Source: Octopus sinensis
Taxonomy: Eukaryota
Direction: 5' to 3'
DNA length: 64,000 bases
Assembly: GCF_006345805.1 (NCBI RefSeq)
Contig: NC_043011.1
Coordinates: 39,444,464 to 39,508,463 of the forward strand
This document shows, piece after piece, positions 13,586 to 26,580 of the stretch; the first letter of the stretch is position 1; each line of letters opens with the position of its first letter. Made by a program: the position numbers and the translations under genes. The notes under the pieces were generated by a model, which worked only from the letters and a program-made list of their open reading frames with translations, was not told the origin of the DNA and ran no database searches.

Positions 13586-14732
13586 CCCCTTAATGGATTA
13601 TCCCAAGTTTACTCGTGCATCGCAAATGTATCTTTTTCGAACCAGACGTGTATACTTGGTCAAAATTAACTTTTAATTTTAGCACTCAAACGAGGAGTTT
13701 TGTGTCGTTTCATTTTTGAGCAATCATGAATTTACTCGCATTGTCGTACACCTGGCAGCACATATTCTGGCACCATTTCAAAGAATTTATGCTTCTGAGT
13801 TTTGAACTTCTGCTTCAGTACATACTCAGATTCAGGAGAAGGTTGATGTCATTTTAGAACCGTCTCAATTTGATTCTCTATTATTTATACAAATAAGAGA
13901 ATTATTTACGCATTTTTTTTTCCTTCAAAATGGATGAAGATTTAGATATATTCAGTGATCACAAAAGCGATTTTTCATTTCCCGATCTGGAAAGCTCTGG
14001 GGACGAATTAGACACGTGTAGTTCAGACTCCGACAATTTTTCAGAAGATGACAAAGAAGATAATCAGATAGATGCACGTGCATGGCACAAAAAAATTTTC
14101 CTTTGATTTAAAAGCAATACATCTTATAAAAAAATCGAAGATAGTTAAGTTACATGTATTTTTTCAATGTCCAAGTTAACTCGTTTAAAACCAAATGAGT
14201 AAAAGTACATTTTAATTTACTCTTTTACTTGTTTCAGTCATTTGACTGCGGCCATGCTGGAGCACCGCCTTTAGTCGAGCAACTCAAACCCGGGACTTAT
14301 TCTTTGTAAGCCCAGTACTTATTCTATCAGTCTCATTTGCCGAACTGCTAAATGACGGGGACGTAAACACACCAGCATCGGTTGTCAAGCAATGCTAGGG
14401 GGACAAACACAAACACACACACACATACATATATATATACATATATACGACAGGCTTCTTTCAGTTTCCGTCTACCAAATCCACTCACAAGGCATTGGTC
14501 GGCCCGGGGCTATAGCAGAAGACACTTGCCCAAGATGCCACGCAGTGGGACTGAACCCGGAACCATGTGGTTGGTTAGCAAGCTACTCCTGCGCCTGTAA
14601 TAAAAAATAAAGGAAACAAGATAAATAAAAAGTTTTTTTTGTAATTAACACAGTGTATATAATTAAAAAAGGAAATATAAAAATATTCTCTGAAATGGAA
14701 TGCCTTGTCAAAATAATTGATCCATTAAGGGG
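13586..14732 (+). mobile_element. Non-autonomous piggyBac-like element with a nested SINE
   Basis: TTAA at 13582-85 and 14733-36. 13-bp perfect TIR ccccttaatggat. Internal 58-aa acidic ORF 13930-14106 (MDEDLDIFSD...ARAWHKKIFL*) resembles a piggyBac transposase N-terminus. Confidence 0.8.
14216..14596 (-). mobile_element. Family A SINE nested in the piggyBac-like element
   Basis: Near full-length match to the family consensus. Confidence 0.85.
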
Positions 14733-15103
14733 TTAACAACAACAAAATTATTTTATTTAAACAAGCAAAGGAGCTAGTTAGAAAATCTCCATAAGAGATG
14801 AGAGACTATACTGAGAAGCAATGTTTATCGTTACTTCAACATGGCTGTTCTGTAGGACTTAATGTTACTAACCCCAGGAGAACTCCGCCTCCAGTTGGTT
14901 ATTCAATGTAATCTGCACCTAATATATATTGCAAGCAGGGGAGTGAACCCCTACCATCTTCTAGTGATGACAATGGGACCACCAAACTGTCTGGTGTTTA
15001 GCTGTTTGTGCTCATCCTCAATGGTGGACGCCTGTCTGCTAGAGATAGCAGTAGTTTGCTATTTCCAAAATTGATAATCCTATAGTATTTAAACTGGCCA
15101 TAC

Positions 15104-15487
15104 AGGCGCAGGAGTGGCTGTGTGGTAAGTAGCTTGCTTACCAACCACATGGTTCCGGGTTCAGTCCCATTGTGTGGCACCTTGAGCAAGTGTCTTCTAC
15201 TATAGCCTTGAGCCGACCAAAGCCTTGTGAGTGGATTTGGTAGATGAAAACTGAAAGAAGCCCGTCATATGTATATGTGTGTGTGTTTATATGTTTGTGT
15301 TTGTCCTCCTAACATCGCTTGACAACCAATGCTGGTGTGTTTACTTCCCCGTAACTTAGTGGTTCGGCAAAAGAGACCGATAGAATAAGTACTAGGCTTA
15401 CAAAGACTAAGTCCTGGGGTCGATTTACTCGACAAAAGGCAGTGCTCCAGCATGGCTGTATTCAAATGATTGATACAAGTATAAGAG
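15104..15487 (+). mobile_element. Family A SINE
   Basis: Full head aggcgcaggagtggctgtgtggtaag through tail. Confidence 0.85.
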
Positions 15488-16584
15488 ATATCCAGCCAAA
15501 ATATTTTTAACAATTTCATATTCAAACCAGCCTGGTCTAGCCTCTCACACCTACGTCATTTTAGAACCATATGATCTGGTGAAATAAAGCAAGGTTAACT
15601 CAAAAGTGTGTCAGTAAATAAACATTGCATTTGATAGAGTTCTCTAAACACTGAAGGGTTAAGTGAAGAGACTGTGTCTCAGCAGAAATATAATTACAAA
15701 GCAAGATTTAATGGAATGAAACTGAGGCCGAGAGGAGAGCAACGCTGCACACTCAGCAACAAACCTCACCCCCCACCTTCACCCCCCCACAACCAGTACC
15801 GTACGCTACAAAGAAGGATCACAATGTCGACATTGTCAGACAACAGCTGATGGAAAGTAATTCATCTTCATAAGTCACACTGTATGATGTCAGCTCGACA
15901 TGGTGCCATCTTGACATAGAACTAGTGCCATTACCATTGCCACTCCATATATATATATCTGCAACCTGATCTCTTGTGTGTCAAACTCTAATGTCATCAC
16001 GTTGCAGTAAAAGCCTTCTACAGTCGAGATATTCAATATATGCAACCTGCTATCTGTTTGATCAATGCTGATTGTTATTTTATCTTGGTTTTGTTTTTCA
16101 TGTCATTTTTTTTTTTGATGGGGCGGGAAGAGAAGTGTGTATCTGTATTGTTTTCAATTGTGCGGGTGTTAAATGTGTTTTAGTGAGTACATGAGTTTGT
16201 ATGTGTGTGTGTGTGTGTGTTTTAATTTTTTTCGTACAGTAGGCACCAACCAATCGGTCAGTCACTCCCACGTATCTACATCGTCATCATAATTAATATT
16301 ATTTTAACAGTTAGGCTACAAGCTGGCGGAATCGTTAGTATGTCAGGCAAAATGCTGAACAGCTGTTTGTCTGTCATTACGCTTTGAGTTCAAATTCCAC
16401 TGAGGTTAACCTTGCCCTTTCATCCTTAAAGGATCGATAAAATAAGTACTAGTTGAAAACTGGGGTTCAAATGTAATCAACTTACTCCCTCCCTTGAAGT
16501 TGCTGGCCTTGTGCCAAAATTTGAAATCAATATTTAACAGAGTATTTTTTCCTTAGTTTTTGTTATCGAGAGTGAAAGGGTTGT

Positions 16585-16888
16585 AGTTGTTTGGTCCCAG
16601 GTTAGCTCAGAGTGAGCAGAATTATTACCAAAAAGCCTTCTAGATTTAGTAAAGTTCCTTCCCAAGACATAGACATAAAAGGCTGGTTTCCATGGCATAT
16701 GTATTCCCCACCTGGATGGGACTCTAGTCCTTTGCAGTGTTGCTTCTCTTTGCCAGCTGAGTGGACTGGAGCAATGTGAAATGAAGTGCTTTGCTCAAGA
16801 ACAAAACACATTGCCCAGTCTAGGAATCAAAGCCACAATCTTATGATCATGAGTCCAACACCCTAACCATTAAGCAACGTGCCTCCTA
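16585..16888 (-). mobile_element. tRNA-derived SINE with the same head type (related: 17140-17460, 55730-56010, 60290-60575)
   Basis: ggagcaatgtgaaatgaagtgc.ttgctcaag motif and a reverse tRNA-like head. Confidence 0.65.
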
Positions 16889-17589
16889 ACTATCCAAGTT
16901 TTTTCTTCTTTTCCTCTTTTTCTCTAGGCATAGTATATCTAGGACAACATTCTTCATTATGCTTCTCTTTTATCACTTGAAATTTCTAATACACTGAATT
17001 TTAGATTATAGGCGAATGAACAAAAAATTATACTCTCTATCGTGTATTGAGTGCTTTTCTCTTTTGTATATGAGTATCATGTGTGTGTGTGTTTGTGTCA
17101 CACTTCTTACAACATATCACCCGTAGTTGCCACACACCAGTAAATATGGCCTGGTAGTGTGTACCATGCTTTCACTAATTGTTTTTGTGCTTGTGTTGTC
17201 AAAAGCAGAGTCAGACACCGTCTCCCCTCCCCCACTACTTTGCCCAGTGCCAGTGAGATGTTCGAGATGTGGTAGATAAAGATAGAAAAAGTTGCATCAA
17301 CACTAGGCTCATGCTCATTTTCTCTTGAGTAGGCTGGAACAATGTGAAATGAAGTGCCTTGCTCAAGTACGCAACATGCCATCCAGTCAAAGAATTGAAC
17401 TGGTGGTCTTATGATCAGATCAGAAGACCAACACCCTTATCACTATGCAACGTGCCTTCACTACAACATATACTCAAATGCAAGGAGACAGCTATACTTT
17501 TGGTTTCCAATAACAACAATGAATGACCTACTTTTTTAAGGTCTTCAATGAACCCCTAATACCTGCCTCCTAACATGCACACCTTTTAA

Positions 17590-17998
17590 CTCTTCAGCAT
17601 TCAGACTACCCTGTTAAAACTATTTTGGACTAATCATGCATTACCTCTTAACTTCAAGATTTCAATAATGAATGACATTGTAGGGAAAGTTTAGGAGGCT
17701 GGATCGGGTCAGTTTCAACATTAACCCTTTCGTTACCAACCTGGCTGAAACCGGCTTTGGCTCTGAGTACAAATGTCTTGTTTTCTTAAGTTTTGAATTA
17801 AAATCTTACACCAAACCTTAGTCACAGTTTATGCTCCTAACACTAGCTGAATGATAACTAAGTTATTTTACTAAATTCTTTGATATATTTAGAATTAATT
17901 GAAAGAAACAGAGAGCATCTCAAAATAAATACAGTAATGAAAGGATTAAACAGGTGGAATATTTGGGGTCAGATATGGTGGGTTTAAATGCTGAAGGG
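17590..17998. mobile_element. TTAA-flanked MITE containing a nested second TTAA MITE (17725-17945)
   Basis: Outer TIR c.cttcagcatt / aatgctgaaggg with TTAA on both sides. Inner TIR ccctttcgttac / gtaatgaaagga with TTAA at 17721-24 and 17946-49. Confidence 0.75.
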
Positions 17999-18833
17999 TT
18001 AAAGCAAACTTGGATGAACTTAGGACAGTATATTTTGATTTAGAAGCAAGTACTTAAACCCCTTAGCATTCAGTTTGCTCTGTCAAATGTAATGCTTATT
18101 TCTTCACATTGTTTTGAATTAATCTTGCATTGTCTTGTATCTTCGTGATTTCAATGGTGTGATTGTTTATTTTTGTTTGAATGACATTGTAGATTCAGTG
18201 TGAAAGGCCAGATCTGGCCAGTTTGAACCTAAAATAGGTAAAATATTCAGGCTGGATGTGACCAGTTTAAGTGCTAAAGGGTTGACTTTGTAGCATTCAG
18301 ATTACTCTGTTAAATTTTGTAGTTATTTGCTCACTTTTGGTTAGGTGCATGGCTCAGTGGTTAGTGACAGGCTTACAATCACGAGGTTGCAAGTTCAGTT
18401 CCCAGACCAGGCTGTGTGCTGTGCTCTTGAGCAAGACACTTTTTATTTCACGTTACTCCAGTTCATTCAGCTGTATAAATAAGTTGCAGCATCACCGGTG
18501 CCCAGCTGCTTCCGCCTTTCCTTTGAACAACATCGATGACATGGAGAGGGGAGACTTCTGGTCTTTCAGAACACAACCTTGCTTTGGAAGGGAACTGTCT
18601 AGGTGCAATGCCATGGTCTTTTATGATTCAAAAGGGGTCAAAGAATGTTGGATAGATACGAAAGGCCATATCTGGTGAATTTGAACATGAAACAGATAGA
18701 ATATTTAGGCTGGATAAAGCGCTAAATGACTAAGGACAACAGAGTAATCTGAATGCTAAAGAGTCAACCCTTTAGCGTTTAAACTGGTCACATCCACCCT
18801 GAAGGTTATGATTTGTTATTTTTCATTTTGTAG

Positions 18834-19034
<201 letters not shown>

Positions 19035-19339
19035 TAAAAAAAGAATCCTTTACTTTATTTTTTCTAGAATGTAATAAGCACTCGGTATGGTCTCGGGCCT
19101 GCGTTTTAATTGATTTCGGCTCAAGTCCAGTGGCTTTCAGTGTAGTTTTGAGTTGATCCTTGCATCTTTAAAGAGGACAACGTCATCGTCTTTTCCCTGA
19201 AATGAGCTCACTGAATGATATACACACAGGCACAATTACATATATAACCTATTAAAATTTAAATGAATCTTCATTCATTGTCTATGCATTTTTAACTTCA
19301 TTTATTTCTTATGTACCACTACATAGTACAATTTATGTG

Positions 19340-19530
19340 TGTGTGTATCGTTAGCTCCTACACGCATCTTTTTCTTTCCTTGTTTCTTTTCTGTGTATCT
19401 TTCTGTCGAAGAGCGTAGGCTCGAAACATAAAAGACTCAGACTTATTTCTATTCCTGGGTGCCATACTAATACAATTGTTTGTTTGTACTCCACCTACCT
19501 TCGTCTTTTGTTTATTTTCGTAAACCTTCC
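19340..19530 (+). mobile_element. Penelope-like terminal-repeat fragment with a degenerate minimal hammerhead (19398-19435), inside a MAN1A intron
   Basis: TCTTT-CTGTCGA-A-GAGC-GTAG-GCTC-GAAAC-ATA-AAAGA. Stems I and II are intact; the core has A6->T and stem III has G->A. Element boundaries are approximate. Confidence 0.6.
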
Positions 19531-19535
19531 CGTTC

Positions 19536-19566
<31 letters not shown>

Positions 19567-19609
19567 GTGTGTATGTATACTTACATATGTGTTACTGTTC
19601 ATTTTCTGA

Positions 19610-19897
<288 letters not shown>

Positions 19898-20607
19898 TAA
19901 CCACTCCATTTTTTTTTACCTTTTTCTTTGGTAAGACACTAGAATGTGAGTTGAGTGAGAATCTCTGCTGCTATGTCTAGCTGGTTGAGTGGCTACATAG
20001 AGGCTCCTTATACATTCATTGGCTGTGGCAGCAGTGGTAGTGGTGATAGTAATTGTAGATCTTCAGCACCTGGTTAGCCCTGATCAAGACAAGATGAGTA
20101 ATTGTCAGAGACATTCAAGCTGTGACCATCCCTTCCTAAAACTTATGGATTGTATGTTTAGCTACATTATCAAATTTGTCCTTCTTAAGAACATTACAAT
20201 TGGGTGTCATTTGAGTAAGAATTGTGTGCTATTTATAGCAAACTAGATGCTACACGAGAGCCTCCTCATTGACTCCAATTGCTTCATGTTTCTCTTTATC
20301 ATGCGCAATGTTCTAACTCTTGCTAGAACTGTTCCTCTCTTACCTGCCCCCTCTGCTTGCTTATTTCCTTTCCAAGATTGTTCAGCTTCGTTTGTACCTT
20401 GACTTCCTCCAAGCAGAAACATTAGTACACTGGATAAAATGCTTAGTGGCATTTCATTCACCTCTATGTTCTGAGCTCAAATTTGCCATTCATCATTTGG
20501 AGGTCGATTAAATAAGTACAAGTTTTGCATTAGGGTCAATGTAATCGACTTAATCCCTTCCCCCAAGTTTGAGGCCTTGTGCTTCCTGTAGAAAGAATTA
20601 TTATTAT

Positions 20608-20755
20608 TCAGTAGTCTTATTTTTATCACATGTTTTCACTGCACTACTGAACACAGCCCTATGTGCTGTGGTTTGTTGTGGTGCTCTTATTTTCACTGTG
20701 TTGAAAGTGTTTTACATAGGATGTGTGCAGTGCCTAGTAGTGCTATTTTCTGCAT
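20608..20755 (-). mobile_element. Shorter copy of the same Dong/R4-like 3' end
   Basis: Minus strand MQKIALLGTAHILCKTLSTQ* and a 3' UTR matching 47195-47292. TAT tracts on both sides. Confidence 0.75.
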
Positions 20756-21289
20756 ATTATTGTTATTATTACTACTACTACTACTATCAAGGTGGTGAGA
20801 TGGCAGAATCGTTAGCACTCTGGATGAAATGCTTAATGGTATTTTGCCCATCACTATGTTCTGAGTTCAAATTCTGCCGAGGTCAACTTTGCCTTTCATC
20901 CTTTCAAGGTCAATGAATTAAGTACCATTTGCCTACTGGGGTCAATCTAATTGACTGCTCTACCTTCCCAAAAATTTCAGGCCTTGTGCCTATAGTAGAA
21001 AGGACTATTATTATTAAAGCGATTAGCTGACTGAATCATTAGCACGCTGGACAAATTACTTAGCAGTGTTTCGCCTGTCACTATGTTCTGAGTTCAAATT
21101 CTACCGAGGTCAACTTTGCTTTTATCTTTTCGGGGTCAATAGATTAAGTACCAGTGAAACACTGGGGTTGATGTAATCAATTAGTCCCCTGCCCCAAAAT
21201 TTCCAACCTTGTGCCTTTAGTAGAAAAGATTATTGTTATTATTATTATTATCATTATTATTATTATTATTATTATTATTGATTATCTAA

Positions 21290-21541
<252 letters not shown>

Positions 21542-21720
21542 CGTTAAATCAATTTGTACTACCGCTCGTCCCTAACTACCTCCCTTTCCCCTCATTTCTT
21601 CACACTTACATATATATATATATATATATTTGTGTATGTATATACATGTACCATATATACATATATATGTGTGTATTTGTGTGTGTAATATGTTTTACAT
21701 ATATATATATATGTGTGTAT

Positions 21721-21752
<32 letters not shown>

Positions 21753-22299
21753 GACCTTTTTGTTTTGGAAGGGAAGTTTTTATGGGAGGGGGGATTTTTT
21801 TTTTTTTGTTTCTCGTTTGATTTTTTTTTTTCGTGGGAGGGGAGGGTTAATAAAGAAAAATTTTAAAAAAAAGAAGATAAAGGAAGCAAGGGAGAACGTA
21901 AAAAAAAAAATTATAAAAGCAACAAAAAAAAGAATTAAAATTAAATAGGTGAATTACAATAAAACACACAAAAAAATAAAGATAAACAAGGAAGGAAGAG
22001 AGCAAACTTTATGAGAACGAAACGGTGCCTGTTATAAGAATATGTATGCATATATATATGTGTGTGTGTGTGTGTGTGCAAGTATCAGTGTGTTATCTAT
22101 GTATGTATGTGTATGCAGGTATCTGTACATATATATATATGTATGTGTGTGTGTGTGTGTGTATATATATATTAGGTACTTTTATTGGTTTCTGCCATTT
22201 GCTTGTGGCCATGTTGACATACCACCATGTGGGTGTGCACATATATATATATATATAAATGTGTGTTTGTGTATGCATGCATGTATATATATTATATAT

Positions 22300-22972
22300 G
22301 TGTGTGTATACATTCACACATGCATATACATGTGTATGTATATATATAAATATATATTATCTATATATATGTATGTGTGATTGTGTAGTGTATGCATGTA
22401 TGTATATATATATATATATATGTGTATGTATATACATTCACACGCATATACATACATTTATATATAAATTTACATACATATGCATATGTGTGTGTACATA
22501 TATATATATGTGTGCATAGACATATACACACATTTTTTTGTTCATTAAAAGCTGATGAACCACAAGCCATAATGAAGGGCTCAATACTGGTTGACTAGGG
22601 TATATCAAAAAAATTTGCTAATTTTCTTCTAATTACCCCTATTTACCTTTGAGAAACTCGTTGAGCATAACGACCAGGCTGTCGTCAGTACAAAGTTAAC
22701 AAATGCTACAATGCATATATACAAAAGTGTGTGTGTGTGTGTGTGTGTATTTACCACATTCAAGAAGTGTTGTGTTCCTGAACATTACTACAATGTAGAA
22801 TTATGTCATGGGGAACCTACCTCTCCCCCCACCCCACCCCACACCCATTTCATTGGTTTCCATGTTCTGTAATATACAAATCAATGGGAAAATGGCTTAC
22901 AAGTTGACAAAGAATCTTAAGAACTCAGTGCTTCAGTACAAAATATTTGCCAATTCATGCATTATATATATA

Positions 22973-23059
<87 letters not shown>

Positions 23060-23108
23060 TATATAATATATACGTATGTGTATATATCTGTGTGTATGTA
23101 TATATGTA

Positions 23109-23154
<46 letters not shown>

Positions 23155-23839
23155 GTGTGTGTGTATATATATATATATATATACATATGTGTATATACAT
23201 ATGTATGTATGCATATGAGTGTATATATATGTATATATATATATATGTGTGTGTATACATTCACACATGCATATACATGTGTATGTATATATATATATAT
23301 AATATATATATATATGTATGTGTGTGTGCATATATATATATATATGTGTGCATAGACATATACACACATTTTTTTGTTCATTAAAAGCTGATGAACCACA
23401 AGCCATAATGAAGGGCTCAATACTGGTTGACTAGGGTATATCAAAAAATTTGCTAATTTTCTTCTAATTACCCCTATTTACCTTTGAGAAACTCGTTGAG
23501 CATAACGACCAGGCTGTCGTCAGTACAAAGTTAACAAATGCTACAATGCATATATACAAAAGTGTGTGTGTGTGTGTGTGTGTATTTACCACATTCAAGA
23601 AGTGTTGTGTTCCTGAACATTACTACAATGTAGAATTATGTCATGGGGAACCTACCTCTCCCCCCACCCCACCCCACACCCATTTCATTGGTTTCCATGT
23701 TCTGTAATATACAAATCAATGGGAAAATGGCTTACAAGTTGACAAAGAATCTTAAGAACTCAGTGCTTCAGTACAAAATATTTGCCAATTCATGCATTAT
23801 ATATATATGTGTGTGTGTATGTATATATGAATGTATGTG

Positions 23840-23898
<59 letters not shown>

Positions 23899-23933
23899 GT
23901 ATGTGTATATATCTGTGTGTATGTATATATGTA

Positions 23934-23982
<49 letters not shown>

Positions 23983-24040
23983 GTGTATATACATATGTAT
24001 GTATGCATATGAGTGTATATATATGTATATATATATATAT
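22300..24040. repeat. Tandem duplication (~836-bp offset) downstream of the MAN1A stop
   Basis: The unique core 22515-22965 appears identical to 23351-23790; the flanking TA/TG tracts differ in length. Confidence 0.92.
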
Positions 24041-24599
24041 ATATAACCTTCTAATATACATATGTGTCAGCATCTCCCACTTATGTGTGTGTGTATATAT
24101 ATATATATATATGTTTATATATATATATATGTATATATATATAGTGTATATAATTGAATTTAAAATACATTGACAAAGAAAATGAATAACTGAAGTTGAT
24201 GTCATTAAGTTGAGAAAGATATTGATTTAAATAAAAAAAAAAAGAAAGTCATTTGAAGGAGATGGGAGAGATGGGAAATGATCGTATCTATGGCAACAAT
24301 GATGGGGATGTATGAATGGGAGGCCATCTTTGCGAGAAGGAGAGGGAGCGGAAGATGTTATAGAAACTATGAGATAAGGAGTAAAAAGTGACTGTGTGAT
24401 AAACCAGAGAGAAAGAGAGAGAGAGAGAGAGCTATTTATAGTATTTGATCTAATTCAGTTTAGTTGAACATTATTATTATTATTATTATTATTATTATCA
24501 TTACTGTTATTTTGTTGTGCTGAGTGGTAGGTTTTCAAAATCGCTAGAACATTGGAAAAAAAATATTCTGCAAGAATTAAACAAACATATCTATATATC

Positions 24600-24631
<32 letters not shown>

Positions 24632-24892
24632 TATATACACACACACACTTATAATGGGGACATGTGTATATGTGTGTGTGAATGTTTTCAAAGATGATGC
24701 TCTGTGTGTTGTTACTCAATTCTGTTTGTACTTCTGCTCACTAAAGATCAAGCAGGGAGTAATGACATCGAGTAACAGCCTCAAACAGTTTCACCTTTGA
24801 ATAACTAGCATTCCACTGTACCTACCTGTACTGTGTCATTCTTATTTGTTGTATGAGACACCTGACACATTCAGTCATTACACATGCACATG

Positions 24893-24954
24893 TGTGTGTA
24901 TAATGTATATACACACACACACGCCTATATATACATATATGGATAAATATGGGC

Positions 24955-24993
<39 letters not shown>

Positions 24994-25118
24994 TGCATGT
25001 CTATGTATATATACACACACAGAATTAGAGAGGTACATTCATGTGTTTTTATATATGTGTGTGTATAATGTATATACACACACGCCTATATATACATATA
25101 TGGATAAATATGGGCGTG

Positions 25119-25151
<33 letters not shown>

Positions 25152-25220
25152 GCATGTCTATGTATATATACACACACACACAGAATTAGAGAGGTACATT
25201 CATGTTTTTATATATGTATA
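24893..25220. repeat. ~170-bp tandem duplication of a microsatellite-rich unit
   Basis: cacgcctatatatacatatatggataaatatgggcgtg and cagaattagagaggtacattcatg each occur twice. Confidence 0.85.
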
Positions 25221-26528
25221 TATATATATATATATATATAATTCACACATACTTGTACAGTTAGGTTAGGTGTATTGATATCCTTTATAACCATTATACC
25301 AATATCGTTATCACCAATATCTAAGTAGATATGTGTGTGTGTGTGTGTGTGCGTGTGTAAATATATATATCCAAATATTTTACTGGTATTAAATACAAAA
25401 ATTATAAATTAAAATTTTTTAAAAATCTAAAAAGAGAAACACACAATGAACCAGCAACACCATAACCAACCCCAAAACCAAAATATGAACGGAAAGCACC
25501 TTTCTTCAAGGAACCAAACAGTTTGAAACTGATATAATTCTTCCGTATTTGCAAAAGATATTTTATTTCAATTTTTAAAAAAAAACAAAATCTTGTTTTT
25601 ATTTTTAATTTGCTTTCTTTATCATTTTTATTGCTGTATTTTTTTTCTTTTAAAATATTTTAGTAATGTGTAAATGTTGATTTATGTGTGGGTGGGTCTT
25701 TACGTATATGCATATATGTATGTATACATTAATTGTTGGTAGGGACATTGTATTTCGTTATGAAATTGCAGTAATACTATCAAGTATACGAAAGGCTCTC
25801 AAGCCAGTACTGTATCCCACATGTTAGAGATAGTTTTAAAAAGTGATATATTTATGTGTATAAATTTGATGATTTTAGTATGGATAGCTTAAGGAAAGGA
25901 AGAAGTAATACATGCAGCTGCTCATATTTCTCTCTGAATGCATATGCATGGTTGTGTGATATGAAAATTACAGACAAAATCTTCTAACCAATGTCTTGGG
26001 ATTTCCTGTTTGGGAAGTTGACCTGCTGACATTCTTCGGGTTCTACCTCGTCCTTCCTAGGACTGAAGCAATGTTTGCAGGTCCACTCTACTGACGGGAA
26101 ACCTAAAGAATCATTGATAAAATTTTAGTTATAAATTATATAATAAATATTTACACTCTGCTCTTTTGGCATTGAGTACATTGACATGAGTGTGTATTTT
26201 ACATATATATATATGTGCACGTGTATGTATGACTGTGCTTATATGCATATATGTTTTTCTTTGAATCCCAGGGATTCATGAGGCTTGATGTGCCTAGCTC
26301 TGATCTTTGCACCACTTTACAGACAACCAATCTACAATTCATTAGGAAGCTGGTCTCTCTTTCAGATGACTTTCCTTCATGTCCCCCCACTCCACAAAGG
26401 AGTTGATAATATTTGTGCAGCTTGTCTTAACTAAGGCAAGGACAATTCTATGTATGTAAGATATGGTGAAGCTACTCTCAAAAACTTCAGAAAATTGGTG
26501 ACCATTTTAATATAAATGTATGTGTATG

Positions 26529-26580
<52 letters not shown>

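Noticed and set aside
15104-15180. tRNA genes at SINE heads
   Set aside because: A/B-box-like motifs are present, but no complete cloverleaf, and each runs into a shared SINE body.
22548-22605. CTGATGA followed by acca...tggt (also in the duplicate copy)
   Set aside because: No GAAA or stem III follows, so not a hammerhead. The minus-strand CTGATGA at ~1436 and ~11017 and the CTGACGA in the TAA element fail the same way.
22025-24205. Many YIYI/CVCV/HTHT ORFs here and elsewhere in the ORF track
   Set aside because: Translations of (TA)n/(TG)n tracts. The same applies to poly-I/L/N/Y ORFs from (TAT)n and the 347-aa ORF at 37526-38569.
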